Source of the DNA: a candidate division WOR-3 bacterium
GTDB lineage: Bacteria; Hydrothermota; UBA3072; B12-G15
DNA: 55,415 nucleotides
Assembly: GCA_965649055.1 (NCBI GenBank)
Contig: CBFGJG010000010.1
Span: 1 to 55,415 of the forward strand
Direction: 5' to 3'
The translations under genes were made by a program, and so were the position numbers. The notes under the pieces are model-generated. The model was given only the letters and a program-made list of their open reading frames with translations. It was not told the DNA's origin and did not search any database. Of the stretch, positions 10,524 through 22,792 are shown in pieces; position 1 is the stretch's first letter; each line of letters starts with the position of its first letter.

Positions 10524-11025
10524 CTTTTATCTCCGGTAATTCCTTCAAGTCTTTTAACTGAAAGACTTCAAGAAATTTCTTTGTTGTTCCATAAAGTAAA
10601 GGTCTTCCAGGTGCATCTTTTTCACCAACAACCTTGATGAGTTCAAGTTCAATCAATGTCTGTAAAGGTCCTGATGAATCAACACCTCTTATTATATCAA
10701 TCTCCTTTTTTGATATTGGTTGCTTGTAAGAAATAATTCCAAGTGTAACGAGTGCAGGTTTTGATAGCCTTATATTTTTTTTACCAATCACCTCACCTAT
10801 AATCTCTCCATATTCAGGTAGTGTCAAAAGCAAGAATCCACCACCTATTTCTTTTATTGTGTATGGTTTTTCATTCCTTGAATATTCTTCATTCAGTTCA
10901 TCTATAATTTTTTTTACTTCTTGCGTCTTAACATTAAGGACGTTTGCTATCCTTGAGATAGTAACAGGTTCGTATGCAGCAAATATTATTGCTTCTATCC
11001 TGTTTTTTAATTCCTTGTTTTCCAT
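10468..11025 (-). CDS. scpB: SMC-Scp complex subunit ScpB
   Basis: IEAIIF, LSKPALVTLGIISYKQP, IRGVDS, PGRPLLYGTT. Confidence 0.95.
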   Translation of the reverse strand: MENKELKNRIEAIIFAAYEPVTISRIANVLNVKTQEVKKIIDELNEEYSRNEKPYTIKEIGGGFLLLTLPEYGEIIGEVIGKKNIRLSKPALVTLGIISYKQPISKKEIDIIRGVDSSGPLQTLIELELIKVVGEKDAPGRPLLYGTTKKFLEVFQLKDLKELPEIKDEDIPFPFTGGNNITEEG

Positions 11026-11033
11026 ATGATTTT

Positions 11034-11113
11034 AAAATATATAAATTATCACTAATGTCAATAATAAAACTAAAAATTTATCCTTGACATAATTTTTGTT
11101 TTTATAATAATTT
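11034..11113. promoter_or_regulatory. Divergent promoters for scpB (-) and asnS (+)
   Basis: TGTCAA 11056-11061 (minus -35) and TTGACA 11084-11089 (plus -35); AT-rich -10 boxes a few nt before each ATG; no SD. Confidence 0.55.
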
Positions 11114-11117
11114 AACT

Positions 11118-12431
11118 ATGAAATGGATTTACATTGAAGATATTGATAAATATGTTGGAGAAGATGTTGAATTACGCGGTTGGGTATTCAATATAAGGAC
11201 TGGTGGAAAGGTAATTTTTCTTCTTTTAAGGGATGGAACAGGTATAATACAGTCTGTTATTTCTTTAAATGATGTAGGTGAAGAGAAATTCTTGAAGGCA
11301 AAGGAATTAACACAGGAATCTTCTTTAATCATTCGTGGAAAAGTCCGTGAAGATAAAAGGGCACCTGGTGGATATGAGATAACCGTAAAAGATATTGATA
11401 TTATTTTCATAACAAAAGATTATCCGATAACTCCAAAGGAACATGGAACTGCATTCCTTATGGAAAATAGACACTTATGGATAAGGTCTAAAAGACAGAA
11501 TGCAATTTTGAGGATTCGCTCTGAGATAATACAGGCAGTCCGTGATTTCTTCTATGAAAACAAATTTATTATGCTTGATGCACCAATATTCACTCCATCA
11601 GCGTGCGAAGGAACAACAACACTATTTGAAGTTGATTATTTTGGTAAACCTGCCTATCTATCACAGAGTGGTCAGCTTTACAATGAAGCTGGCTGTATGG
11701 CATTTGGAAGGGTCTATTGCTTCGGTCCATCGTTCAGGGCAGAGAAATCAAAGACAAGAAGGCATTTAACAGAATTCTGGCAGGTTGAACCTGAAATGGC
11801 TTTCGCACATATAGATGATGCTATGGATGTTGCAGAAAGGCTTGTTGTATACATTATTGAAAGGGTCCTTGAAAAAAGGAAGAAGGAATTCGAGGTTATT
11901 GAAAGGGACACTTCAAAACTTGAAAATATAAAATCACCTTTCCCAAGAATCTCTTATAAAGAAGCTGTTAAGAAGATAAATGAGCTGGGAGAAATTAAAG
12001 AAGGTGAAAAGGTAAAAATAGAATATGGTGAAGATTTTGGCTCTCCACAGGAGACAGTTATATCTGAATACTTCACAACGCCTTTCTTTGTTCACAGGTA
12101 TCCTGCAGATATCAAGGCTTTTTATATGAGGAAAGACCCTGAAGATGAAACATTGTCATTATCATTTGATATGCTTGCACCCGAAGGATATGGTGAGATA
12201 GTTGGCGGTGGAGAAAGGGAATACGATATTAACAAACTATTGGAATCAATAAAAAAGCACAATTTACCACTGGATGCATTTCAATGGTATCTTGATTTAA
12301 GGAGGTTTGGTTCAGTTCCACATGCTGGTTTTGGTCTCGGGATAGAAAGGACTGTCTGCTGGATATGCAAACTCCCGCATGTTAGGGAAAGCACTCCTTT
12401 CCCGAGGATGCTTGATACAGTATATCCTTAA
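11118..12431 (+). CDS. asnS: Asparagine--tRNA ligase
   Basis: OB-fold N-terminus, YLSQSGQLY, FRAEKSKTRRHLTEFW, EIVGGGERE, PHAGFGLGIER. Confidence 0.95.
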   Translation: MKWIYIEDIDKYVGEDVELRGWVFNIRTGGKVIFLLLRDGTGIIQSVISLNDVGEEKFLKAKELTQESSLIIRGKVREDKRAPGGYEITVKDIDIIFITKDYPITPKEHGTAFLMENRHLWIRSKRQNAILRIRSEIIQAVRDFFYENKFIMLDAPIFTPSACEGTTTLFEVDYFGKPAYLSQSGQLYNEAGCMAFGRVYCFGPSFRAEKSKTRRHLTEFWQVEPEMAFAHIDDAMDVAERLVVYIIERVLEKRKKEFEVIERDTSKLENIKSPFPRISYKEAVKKINELGEIKEGEKVKIEYGEDFGSPQETVISEYFTTPFFVHRYPADIKAFYMRKDPEDETLSLSFDMLAPEGYGEIVGGGEREYDINKLLESIKKHNLPLDAFQWYLDLRRFGSVPHAGFGLGIERTVCWICKLPHVRESTPFPRMLDTVYP

Positions 12432-12443
12432 AATGGAGGTATT

Positions 12444-13967
12444 ATGATATTTCTTATTTTCTTTTTTACATCACATGGTTATTCCAAATTAACATTTGTA
12501 AATAATTCCATACCTGTTAATCTTTATTTTCTTGATGAGGCATTTCTTGATGTCTCAAGGGGAAATGGTATAATCGGTGCTTCATTCAATCCAGCAGCAT
12601 TGGGAAAGGCAGGTAAACTTAACATCTATGCTGGAATTGGTTTTTCCAAGTCAAACTATGTTAACAGGGACATAATTATTAATTTTGAAGATGAAGAAAA
12701 CGGAACACAGATAAACGATTCTTTGATTCTTCCCGTTTCAATAGGATTCCTTGAAAGTGGTGGTATCGATTATTTTGGTATATCAAAAAAATTCGGTCCT
12801 TTTGGTATTGGCTTTTCCATTGATAGAGGTTATGAACTCGGATTCCTTGTTGATATAGACCAGACAATAGAAAAAGATTTTAATTTCACCTATGAAACCG
12901 GTTTCACGAATGAAGATGACCCTAATATCCCTGCTGGCGATACAATTAATGTTTCAATCCCTCTTACAGGTTATGTTCATATAACAGGTAATGGAAAAGG
13001 TAACATATTTTATAAAGAATTACCAATTTTTTTGGGTGTAGGAACAGGTTTTGGTCCTTTGAATATAGGTATAGGTGCAAGGATAACAAGGGTTTCCCTA
13101 TCAGGCGAGACAAACTTTACGTTTACCGGTGCTGTAGATTCAATATGGACATATGTTGATACTTCCGTTCAGGATTATCAGGGGAATATCTGGACCATTG
13201 ACAGTGTCCAGATATTTGCATCAAGTGTTGAAGATACAATAATATTAGGTGGAATAAATGGCTCATATAAAGGAACAAGGCTTGGTGGTATGATAGGATT
13301 CCTTCTTGATTTAAGATTCTTTAAATTTGGTATTTCATGTGAAAAGACCTCAAGTATAAGCCTTGATGGAAAACACACTTTAATCTATGGCTTTCCATCT
13401 GCGCCACCGGATTATCTTGATATAGATACAACAGGGCTTGAAGCGGATTCAATATCAAGAAGGATATGGGGGAAAATAGGACTCTATGCTGGAGAATGGC
13501 CTCTTAGAAGGGAAACAGAAGATGAAACAAACAGATTTACATTCCTTCCTATGGATAGATACAGGGCTGGTATATATCTTAATCTTCTTGCTATGACATT
13601 AAGTTTAGGTGGAAATTTTGACTGGACAAACGATTCAATTGCACTTGGTGAAGGTTATTTTGGTTTATCCATTGGTCTGCCAGTTCCTGTTATCTCAACA
13701 AGGATATGTCTTGCCGGAAAGATTATGTATGTAAAATTTCCGTCAGAAGATAATGAATTAATATTTACACCACCAACAATAACAGCAGGTTTGGGTCTTA
13801 GATATTCAAGGGAACCAATCACATTGAGTTTTACAACAAGGATGAATCTGACCCAGGGATTATTCGGTATTTTGAATATGGTTGAAGATTTTGAAAAACA
13901 GGGTCAGGTCAGATTTGATCCTATCTCTTCTTTTAATTTTGGTTTTGGAATAGGTATAAATTTATAA
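12444..13967 (+). CDS. Hypothetical outer-membrane protein (FadL/PorV-like N-terminal motif)
   Basis: SD GGAGG; ASFNPAALG motif; Gly/aromatic beta-strands; C-terminal FGFGIGINL. Confidence 0.55.
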   Translation: MIFLIFFFTSHGYSKLTFVNNSIPVNLYFLDEAFLDVSRGNGIIGASFNPAALGKAGKLNIYAGIGFSKSNYVNRDIIINFEDEENGTQINDSLILPVSIGFLESGGIDYFGISKKFGPFGIGFSIDRGYELGFLVDIDQTIEKDFNFTYETGFTNEDDPNIPAGDTINVSIPLTGYVHITGNGKGNIFYKELPIFLGVGTGFGPLNIGIGARITRVSLSGETNFTFTGAVDSIWTYVDTSVQDYQGNIWTIDSVQIFASSVEDTIILGGINGSYKGTRLGGMIGFLLDLRFFKFGISCEKTSSISLDGKHTLIYGFPSAPPDYLDIDTTGLEADSISRRIWGKIGLYAGEWPLRRETEDETNRFTFLPMDRYRAGIYLNLLAMTLSLGGNFDWTNDSIALGEGYFGLSIGLPVPVISTRICLAGKIMYVKFPSEDNELIFTPPTITAGLGLRYSREPITLSFTTRMNLTQGLFGILNMVEDFEKQGQVRFDPISSFNFGFGIGINL

Positions 13968-16167
<2,200 letters not shown>

Positions 16168-16171
<4 letters not shown>

Positions 16172-16902
16172 GAAGTTTTCTGGTTGCTGGAAATTGGAAG
16201 ATGAATCTCGGTGGGAAAGATGCAATAAATGTTATAGATAAAATAGAAGACGGGATTAAGGTTTTAAATGAAAATGTAAATGTGATGGTAGCACCACCTT
16301 TCACGGCAATACCATTATTGTCTGATAGAATAAAAAGAATAGAACTTGGTGCCCAGAATATGTTTTATGAAGAGGCAGGTGCATTTACAGGTGAAATTTC
16401 TCCAAAATTTCTCCTTGACTTTAATGTAAAATATGTTATATTAGGTCATTCGGAAAGAAGAAAGTATTTTAAGGAAGATGATGATATAATAGTAAGAAAG
16501 GCAAAGAAAGCCAAAGACTTAGGTTTTAAATATATAGTTTGTGTTGGTGAAACTTTAGAAGAAAGAGATAAAGGATTAGCAAAAGAGGTTGTAAAAAGGC
16601 AGGTTTCTTATATTTTAGATGCTGACCTTGTTAATGAATATTTGATTTTTGCTTATGAACCTGTCTGGGCAATAGGAACAGGTAAGGTTGCAACACCTGA
16701 GATTGCAGAAGAAATGCATTTTTTTATAAGGGATATGTTAAAGGGAAAAGAGATTATGATAATTTATGGTGGTAGTGTTGACGAAAATAATGTAAAAGGA
16801 CTTTTTGAAATGCCTGATATTGATGGTGCACTCGTTGGTGGTGCAAGTTTAAAACCTGAAAAATTTTTAAAAATAATTAAAACAGCGGAGAGTTTATTAT
16901 GA
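16168..16902 (+). CDS. tpiA: Triosephosphate isomerase
   Basis: AGNWKMN, GHSERR, AYEPVWAIGTG, YGGSV, LVGGASL. Confidence 0.98.
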
Positions 16903-17195
16903 TTGGATTTCTTATGACCTTACATGTTATTATAGCAGTTATACTTATAATTGCTGTCCTCCTTCAGCAGGAACACAAGGGAGGACTTGGAGGTATTTTC
17001 GGTGGTTCAACACAGGCTTATTTTGGTGCAAGAGGGATTGAACCTTTTCTTATGAAGGTAACAATAGTTTTTGGAAGTTTATTCTTCATAAGTTCTGTTT
17101 TGATAGCTTTAACAATAGGCTCAAGACAGAAGATATTTACTCCTAAACCAACAGAACAACCAGTAAAGCAGGAAATGCCAGTTGGAGGTGAATAA
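16899..17195 (+). CDS. secG: Preprotein translocase subunit SecG
   Basis: Two TM segments flanking VLLQ...GGLGGIFGG; follows tpiA. Confidence 0.92.
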   Translation: MIGFLMTLHVIIAVILIIAVLLQQEHKGGLGGIFGGSTQAYFGARGIEPFLMKVTIVFGSLFFISSVLIALTIGSRQKIFTPKPTEQPVKQEMPVGGE

Positions 17196-17506
17196 TGCTA
17201 ATAGTATTCGAAAAAGACGGATTTCAATACATTGCAGATAAAGGTAGTGTATTGAAACTACAAAAACTCGATGCAAAAGAAGGCGACAAGATATTTATCG
17301 ATAAGATATTACTTTTGAAGGATGATGGTAATCTAAAGATTGGTCAGCCTTATTTAGATGGTGTAAAAATAGAAGCAGAAGTAATAAAACACGGTAAAGA
17401 GAAGAAGATACTTGTATACAAGTATAAGAAGAAGAAAAATTACAGAAAGATGCAGGGTCACAGACAGGAATTTACTATTATAAAGGTAAACGAGATTATC
17501 GCCTAA
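17195..17506 (+). CDS. rplU: 50S ribosomal protein L21
   Basis: IGQPY, GHRQEFT, 103 aa, upstream of rpmA. Confidence 0.93.
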   Translation: MLIVFEKDGFQYIADKGSVLKLQKLDAKEGDKIFIDKILLLKDDGNLKIGQPYLDGVKIEAEVIKHGKEKKILVYKYKKKKNYRKMQGHRQEFTIIKVNEIIA

Positions 17507-17515
17507 GGAGGTTTT

Positions 17516-17770
17516 ATGGCACATAAGAAAGGTGTTGGTTCATCAAGAAACGGAAGGGATTCAAATCCACAATACCTTGGTGTTAAGAAATTTGGAAGTG
17601 AATTTATAAAAACTGGAATGGTTATTATAAGACAAAGAGGGACAAAGATCCATCCGGGTAAGAATGTTGGAAGGGGCAGGGATGATACACTCTTTGCATT
17701 GATAGATGGAACACTTAAATACTATACATTAAAAGGAAGAAGATTCGTAAGTGTCATACCAAAAGAATAG
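17516..17770 (+). CDS. rpmA: 50S ribosomal protein L27
   Basis: [30 protein letters not shown]. Confidence 0.98.
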   Translation: MAHKKGVGSSRNGRDSNPQYLGVKKFGSEFIKTGMVIIRQRGTKIHPGKNVGRGRDDTLFALIDGTLKYYTLKGRRFVSVIPKE

Positions 17771-17775
17771 TCTAT

Positions 17776-18570
17776 ATGAGATTTTCAATAATAGGTATGG
17801 GGAGGATTGGTTCCTCCCTTTATTTTTCTTTAAAGGATACTGATTTTCGTTTCGACGGATATTATTCTACGAAACCAATAAAAGAAATAGATAATAAATT
17901 TTATAAGAAGATAGATGAACTGGAGTCTGATATATTTTTCTTCACACTTCCTGATAGGTTTATTTATTCAGTATCCGAGATGATAAACAAAAAAGACAGA
18001 TATTTTGTCCACTGCAGTGGCTATCTTACTTCGGATATCTTTTCTAAATCAAAGGTTCTTTCACTACATCCTTTAATATCTGTAAGCAAATCTTTCTCAC
18101 TCTTAAAAAATATCTCTTGGGGAATAGAAGGCGATGATGAAGGAATTTTACTCGGTAAAAAAATTGTGAGTGCGTTGAATGGAACTTATTATGTTATAAA
18201 AAAAGAAGATAAACCGCTCTATCACGCTGCCTGTGTTATATCAACCAACCTTGTCAACACCTTACTTTTTTATTCTGCTGAGATTATGAAAGGATTGAAT
18301 ATTAAAGAAATTGAGATTTTGAAGCTTACCGAATCAGTAATAAAAAATTCCTATGATTCGGGTATTTTGAATTCACTGACAGGACCCATTGAAAGAGGAG
18401 ATGTTGAAACAATTGAAGGTGAACTCCTTGCTTTGAAAAAAAGATTCCCGTATTTATTTTATTCATTATTGCAGTTATTTGTCTTAAACGCTCAAACAGC
18501 AATAAAGAAAGGAAAAGATGAAAAGGAAATTATTGATATTATTAATCGTATCAGCTCTCTTAGGGGCTGA
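17776..18570 (+). CDS. Rossmann-like / DUF2520 oxidoreductase (PanG-like)
   Basis: IIGMGRIG, VHCSG, SLHPL, YHAACV, LTGPIERGD. Confidence 0.85.
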   Translation: MRFSIIGMGRIGSSLYFSLKDTDFRFDGYYSTKPIKEIDNKFYKKIDELESDIFFFTLPDRFIYSVSEMINKKDRYFVHCSGYLTSDIFSKSKVLSLHPLISVSKSFSLLKNISWGIEGDDEGILLGKKIVSALNGTYYVIKKEDKPLYHAACVISTNLVNTLLFYSAEIMKGLNIKEIEILKLTESVIKNSYDSGILNSLTGPIERGDVETIEGELLALKKRFPYLFYSLLQLFVLNAQTAIKKGKDEKEIIDIINRISSLRG

Positions 18571-20086
18571 AGAGTTTAATTTTTTAAAGATAGATGAAAT
18601 AAAAGAAGGTGATAAAGGTTTTGGATTAACATCTTTTATAGGTTCTAAGATTGACACCTTCTATGTAGAAATACTCAGTATTCTTAAGGGGACAGGAACA
18701 GGCCAGGATATTATTCTTGCAAAATTATCAGGTGATAAGATTGAAAAAACAGGTGTAATTGCAGGTATGAGTGGTTCACCTGTATTCATAAATGGAAAGC
18801 TGATTGGAGCAGTTGCCTATGCCTGGTCATTCTCAAAGGAACCAATCTGTGGTATAACACCTGTTGAAGATATGTTTAAGATGACTTCAAAGAGCTTATT
18901 TGAAAATATTGTTCCAATAAAAGGAATATTAACATTATCAGGTGTGTCAAGGAATGAATTTATTGATTCAATAGCAAATAAGCTTTCACTTGAGATAGTT
19001 CCCGGTGGAATCTCAAAAAAAGATATAAAATTAACACCTGGTGCACCATGCGGTATTCTCCTTGCATATGGTGATGCAATTGTATCAGTCTTTGGAACAC
19101 TCACATTTGTAAAGGATGGTTTCGTCTACGCATTTGGTCATCCTGCATTCTCAGGTGGAAATGTAAAGATGCCATTTGCACTTGGGGAAGTAAACGCAGT
19201 TCTTCCATCATTTTATAATTCGTTCAAAATTTCATCACCAGCATCTATAAGTGGTGCAGTTGTTTATGATGGACCAAACGGAATAATTGCAAAATTAAAT
19301 GAGAATGCAGATGTTATTGAATGCAATATAAGGTTTTCCAATCTTAAGAGAAAATATTACATAACGAAAGAAGATTTCATTTTCAAATCTATTTTAGCAT
19401 CACTTCTATTCAGCAATTTAATAGAATATTTCGGGAATAATTTTGAAGGTTCTATTACAGGATTAACAAAATTTTATCTTAAGAATAATGACACATTAAT
19501 TTACAGCAATTACTCTTACGATAATGCTGAAAGAATTTTAACATTAGACATTTACGAATATCTAAATTATCTAAGCAGTAATAATGTTTCTAAGTTAGAA
19601 ATAACAAAAATAGATATTGATGTATCTGGCAATTCAATCATAAAAGAATACAAAATAAAAGATATTGTTCTGAATAAGAATGAATATAAACCAGATGAAA
19701 AAGTATATATGAAAATAATTTTAGAAAAATACAGGGATAAAGACACCACGATTCATATAGAATTAAATGCCCCATCAAATGAAGGTAATTATTACATATA
19801 CACAGGTTCAGAAAGAGAGATTTATTTTAACACTGAAAATGTTCCTATTAACAGAAAAGAAATAATAAAATTCTTAAAAAATATACCTTCATTTGATATT
19901 CTTTCAGTAAATATAATAAAGGAAGATGAAGTTTTTAAAAATGGCAGGCAAACAATGAATACTACAAAAAAATTGATATTTAAAGAAGAAATTTCATCAA
20001 GAGGAATTGTTATTTGTAAGAAAAAAATAAAGATGGATGGTAATTTATCAGGTAACAAAACCAAACAAATAAAAGTTAGGAGGTAA
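18518..20086 (+). CDS. Secreted SpoIVB-type (S55) peptidase domain protein
   Basis: Signal peptide; GVIAGMSGSPVFINGKLIGAVAY; GTLT...AFGHP. Confidence 0.85.
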   Translation: MKRKLLILLIVSALLGAEEFNFLKIDEIKEGDKGFGLTSFIGSKIDTFYVEILSILKGTGTGQDIILAKLSGDKIEKTGVIAGMSGSPVFINGKLIGAVAYAWSFSKEPICGITPVEDMFKMTSKSLFENIVPIKGILTLSGVSRNEFIDSIANKLSLEIVPGGISKKDIKLTPGAPCGILLAYGDAIVSVFGTLTFVKDGFVYAFGHPAFSGGNVKMPFALGEVNAVLPSFYNSFKISSPASISGAVVYDGPNGIIAKLNENADVIECNIRFSNLKRKYYITKEDFIFKSILASLLFSNLIEYFGNNFEGSITGLTKFYLKNNDTLIYSNYSYDNAERILTLDIYEYLNYLSSNNVSKLEITKIDIDVSGNSIIKEYKIKDIVLNKNEYKPDEKVYMKIILEKYRDKDTTIHIELNAPSNEGNYYIYTGSEREIYFNTENVPINRKEIIKFLKNIPSFDILSVNIIKEDEVFKNGRQTMNTTKKLIFKEEISSRGIVICKKKIKMDGNLSGNKTKQIKVRR

Positions 20087-20087
20087 A

Positions 20088-21905
20088 TTGATATTATTAA
20101 TCACATTTGGAATAGTTTTGAATATTAATGAAGAAAAGTTCTTCAATGGAACTGGTAAAGGAATTATTATCTCAGAATATGGAATTTATTCTGGTTATAA
20201 ACCAACGAAATTAAAAGATATTAAAGGAAGAAAGGCATATGGTTTTTATGGTGATTATTTTGTAGTTGATGGAAAACTCTATTATAAAGACAGGGTTATA
20301 TTTGAAAAGGATGAATTGTTGAATATAGCAAATTATAAGAATTATATTCTATGTGTTTCAATTCCCTCCAGTGTTATTTATATCTTTTCTGAAGGAAAAT
20401 TGAAAGATTCAATAGATACAAGGATAGAAAATATTTCAGGTATTCAGGTGGTTGGAGAAGAAATATTTCTTTTTACAGGTGGTGATGGCAGGGTATTAAA
20501 AATGGATATTAAAGGGAATGTTAAAGAATTTATTAAAATCCCTGTATCAAATGTGGTAGGTGTTTATAAAAATAAAAATAAATTATATTTCTACACATAC
20601 AATCCTGGAAGAATATATGAATACGAGAATGGAAAATTAAGGATTTACTATGACCCTAATATTACAGAAATAAATGGATTTTTTATCTTTAGTGACACAA
20701 TTTATATTTCAGGTAATAATGAGATTGGAAGCAACATCGAAGGTTATGTAATATTAATCTATGGTGGCATTGAAAATATTGTATACAAAGGAACACCAAT
20801 AATAAGCTCCTGTCTCACAGATATAGGGTTTTTATGTGGTGAAAACGAAGATGGTCAAATAGGTGTTTTCACAAAAGATGGTCTCAAAATAATCGCTGAT
20901 TTTGATGAGAAAGAAATCCTTTCAATTATACAGTTTGATAAAAGAATAATTGTATTAACAGGTGAAGATGCGGGTATATATGAAATAAAACCTGTTATAA
21001 AAGATGGATATTATGAAACAGAAGTAATTGATGGTGGTTATGGAGTTATATGGGGTAACATAAGATATACCGGTTCAGGTGACTTTAAAATATTCTACAG
21101 GACCGGGAAAACTAACAGGGTTGATTCAACCTGGAAGGATTGGGAAGAATACAAAGGTAAAATTAATTCCGATGATAGATATCTGAAATTAAAGTTTAAT
21201 TTTCTATCAGGTAAAGAAATTTTATCCGAGATTTTTATAAATTTTGAAAGAAAAAATAGAGCCCCTGAAATTATTAAATTTATGGTTTTACCGCAGTTTG
21301 TTGGATTCGGTTCAGCCCCAAATTATTTCGGTGGTAATCAACTACGGATGGAAGATTTAAAAAGATTCAGGGATAAAGGCATTGATGTCCCTGACGGTTC
21401 ATATTTTGTAGAAAAGGATGTACGTTGTATATTCTGGGATATAAAAGATGAAGATAATGAACCTTTGTATGTAAAGTTATTTTTGAAAGATGGTAATAAA
21501 TGGAAGTTGATACAGGAAAATATTCAAGGTAATGCTTTCTTTATAAATGCACAGGAACTGCCTGATGGTGAATACACTCTTAAACTTATTGTTTATGATT
21601 CTGAAGATTCAGTATATAGGACCTGCAATTTCCTTAACGATATTTCTTCACCAGAATTGAAATCTTACGAAATAAAGAATGATAGGTTTTATGGTATTTG
21701 TTATGATAAATATTCCGAGATTTGGGAGGTAACTTATAAATTTGAAGGCGAAGAAATTTTTAGAAAGGCAAAACCCGAAGATGGTGTATTTGATGAAAAA
21801 GAAGAAAGATTTTATTTCAATCTGCACAAAACAAAGGAAAACGTAACTATAAAAATCGAAGACAGGTTAGGGAATTTAAAAATTATTCCTGTAAAATTAA
21901 AATGA
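20088..21905 (+). CDS. Hypothetical secreted protein (probable beta-propeller plus Ig/FN3-like domains)
   Basis: TTG start after AGGAGG; repeated beta-rich units; WKDW, LPDGEYTLKL, DGVFD motifs. Confidence 0.6.
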   Translation: MILLITFGIVLNINEEKFFNGTGKGIIISEYGIYSGYKPTKLKDIKGRKAYGFYGDYFVVDGKLYYKDRVIFEKDELLNIANYKNYILCVSIPSSVIYIFSEGKLKDSIDTRIENISGIQVVGEEIFLFTGGDGRVLKMDIKGNVKEFIKIPVSNVVGVYKNKNKLYFYTYNPGRIYEYENGKLRIYYDPNITEINGFFIFSDTIYISGNNEIGSNIEGYVILIYGGIENIVYKGTPIISSCLTDIGFLCGENEDGQIGVFTKDGLKIIADFDEKEILSIIQFDKRIIVLTGEDAGIYEIKPVIKDGYYETEVIDGGYGVIWGNIRYTGSGDFKIFYRTGKTNRVDSTWKDWEEYKGKINSDDRYLKLKFNFLSGKEILSEIFINFERKNRAPEIIKFMVLPQFVGFGSAPNYFGGNQLRMEDLKRFRDKGIDVPDGSYFVEKDVRCIFWDIKDEDNEPLYVKLFLKDGNKWKLIQENIQGNAFFINAQELPDGEYTLKLIVYDSEDSVYRTCNFLNDISSPELKSYEIKNDRFYGICYDKYSEIWEVTYKFEGEEIFRKAKPEDGVFDEKEERFYFNLHKTKENVTIKIEDRLGNLKIIPVKLK

Positions 21906-22792
21906 AGATTGGAGTTCTTTACGGAGGATGGTCTCCCGAAAGGGAAATATCATTAATTTCAGGTAAAAATGTTTATGAAGCTTTAATAAGAAAAGGATAT
22001 GATGCTGTTCTGATAGATGTTAAAAAAGATTTCTTTGAAAGAATAAAAAAAGAAAAGATTGACATAGCATTTAACATACTCCATGGAACGCCGGGAGAAG
22101 ATGGTATAATACAGGGAGTCCTTGAATTCCTTGGAATTCCCTATACAGGTTCAAAGGTTGATGGGGCAATTCTTTCTATGGATAAGATTATCTCAAAAAA
22201 AATTTTTATTTCTTCCGGGATTCCAACACCTGATTTTATTTATCCGGTTGACGAAAAAAATCTAAAAATCGAAAAATTTCCCGTTGTTGTAAAACCACGT
22301 TCACAGGGTTCAAGTGTAGGTGTAAGCATTGCTGACAATTATAAGGAATTATTAAATGCTATTGAAGTCGCAAAAAAATACGGTGAATATTTTATTGAAG
22401 AATATATAGAAGGTATGACTGCAACCTGCGGGATTTTGGGTGAAGAACCTCTACCAATCCTTGAACTTGTCCCAAAAAGAAGAAGATTTTACGATTACAC
22501 TGCAAAATATACTGAAGGGGAGACTGAATTTATATGCCCTGCAAGACTCACACCTGAAATTACTGATAAGGTCCAGAAAATTTCACTTGAAGTCCATAAG
22601 CTTTTATCATTAAGACATTTCTCAAGGATAGACCTTGTTATAAAAGATAATAAATTTCCATATGTCCTTGAAGCAAATTCTATTCCTGGTATGACACCAC
22701 TTTCAGATTTACCAAAGGAAGCACAGGTTATCGGTTTATCCTATGATGATGTTGTTGAAAAAATACTAAAATCAGCTATGGAGGAGAGTTGA
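21902..22792 (+). CDS. ddl: D-alanine--D-alanine ligase
   Basis: GGWSPEREISL, LHGTPGEDG, GSSVG, FYDYTAKY, LEANSIPGMT. Confidence 0.97.
   Translation: MKIGVLYGGWSPEREISLISGKNVYEALIRKGYDAVLIDVKKDFFERIKKEKIDIAFNILHGTPGEDGIIQGVLEFLGIPYTGSKVDGAILSMDKIISKKIFISSGIPTPDFIYPVDEKNLKIEKFPVVVKPRSQGSSVGVSIADNYKELLNAIEVAKKYGEYFIEEYIEGMTATCGILGEEPLPILELVPKRRRFYDYTAKYTEGETEFICPARLTPEITDKVQKISLEVHKLLSLRHFSRIDLVIKDNKFPYVLEANSIPGMTPLSDLPKEAQVIGLSYDDVVEKILKSAMEES

Noticed and set aside
17195..17770. No prp (ysxB) gene between rplU and rpmA
   Set aside because: Expected, because L27 starts directly with MAHKK and has no cleavable extension
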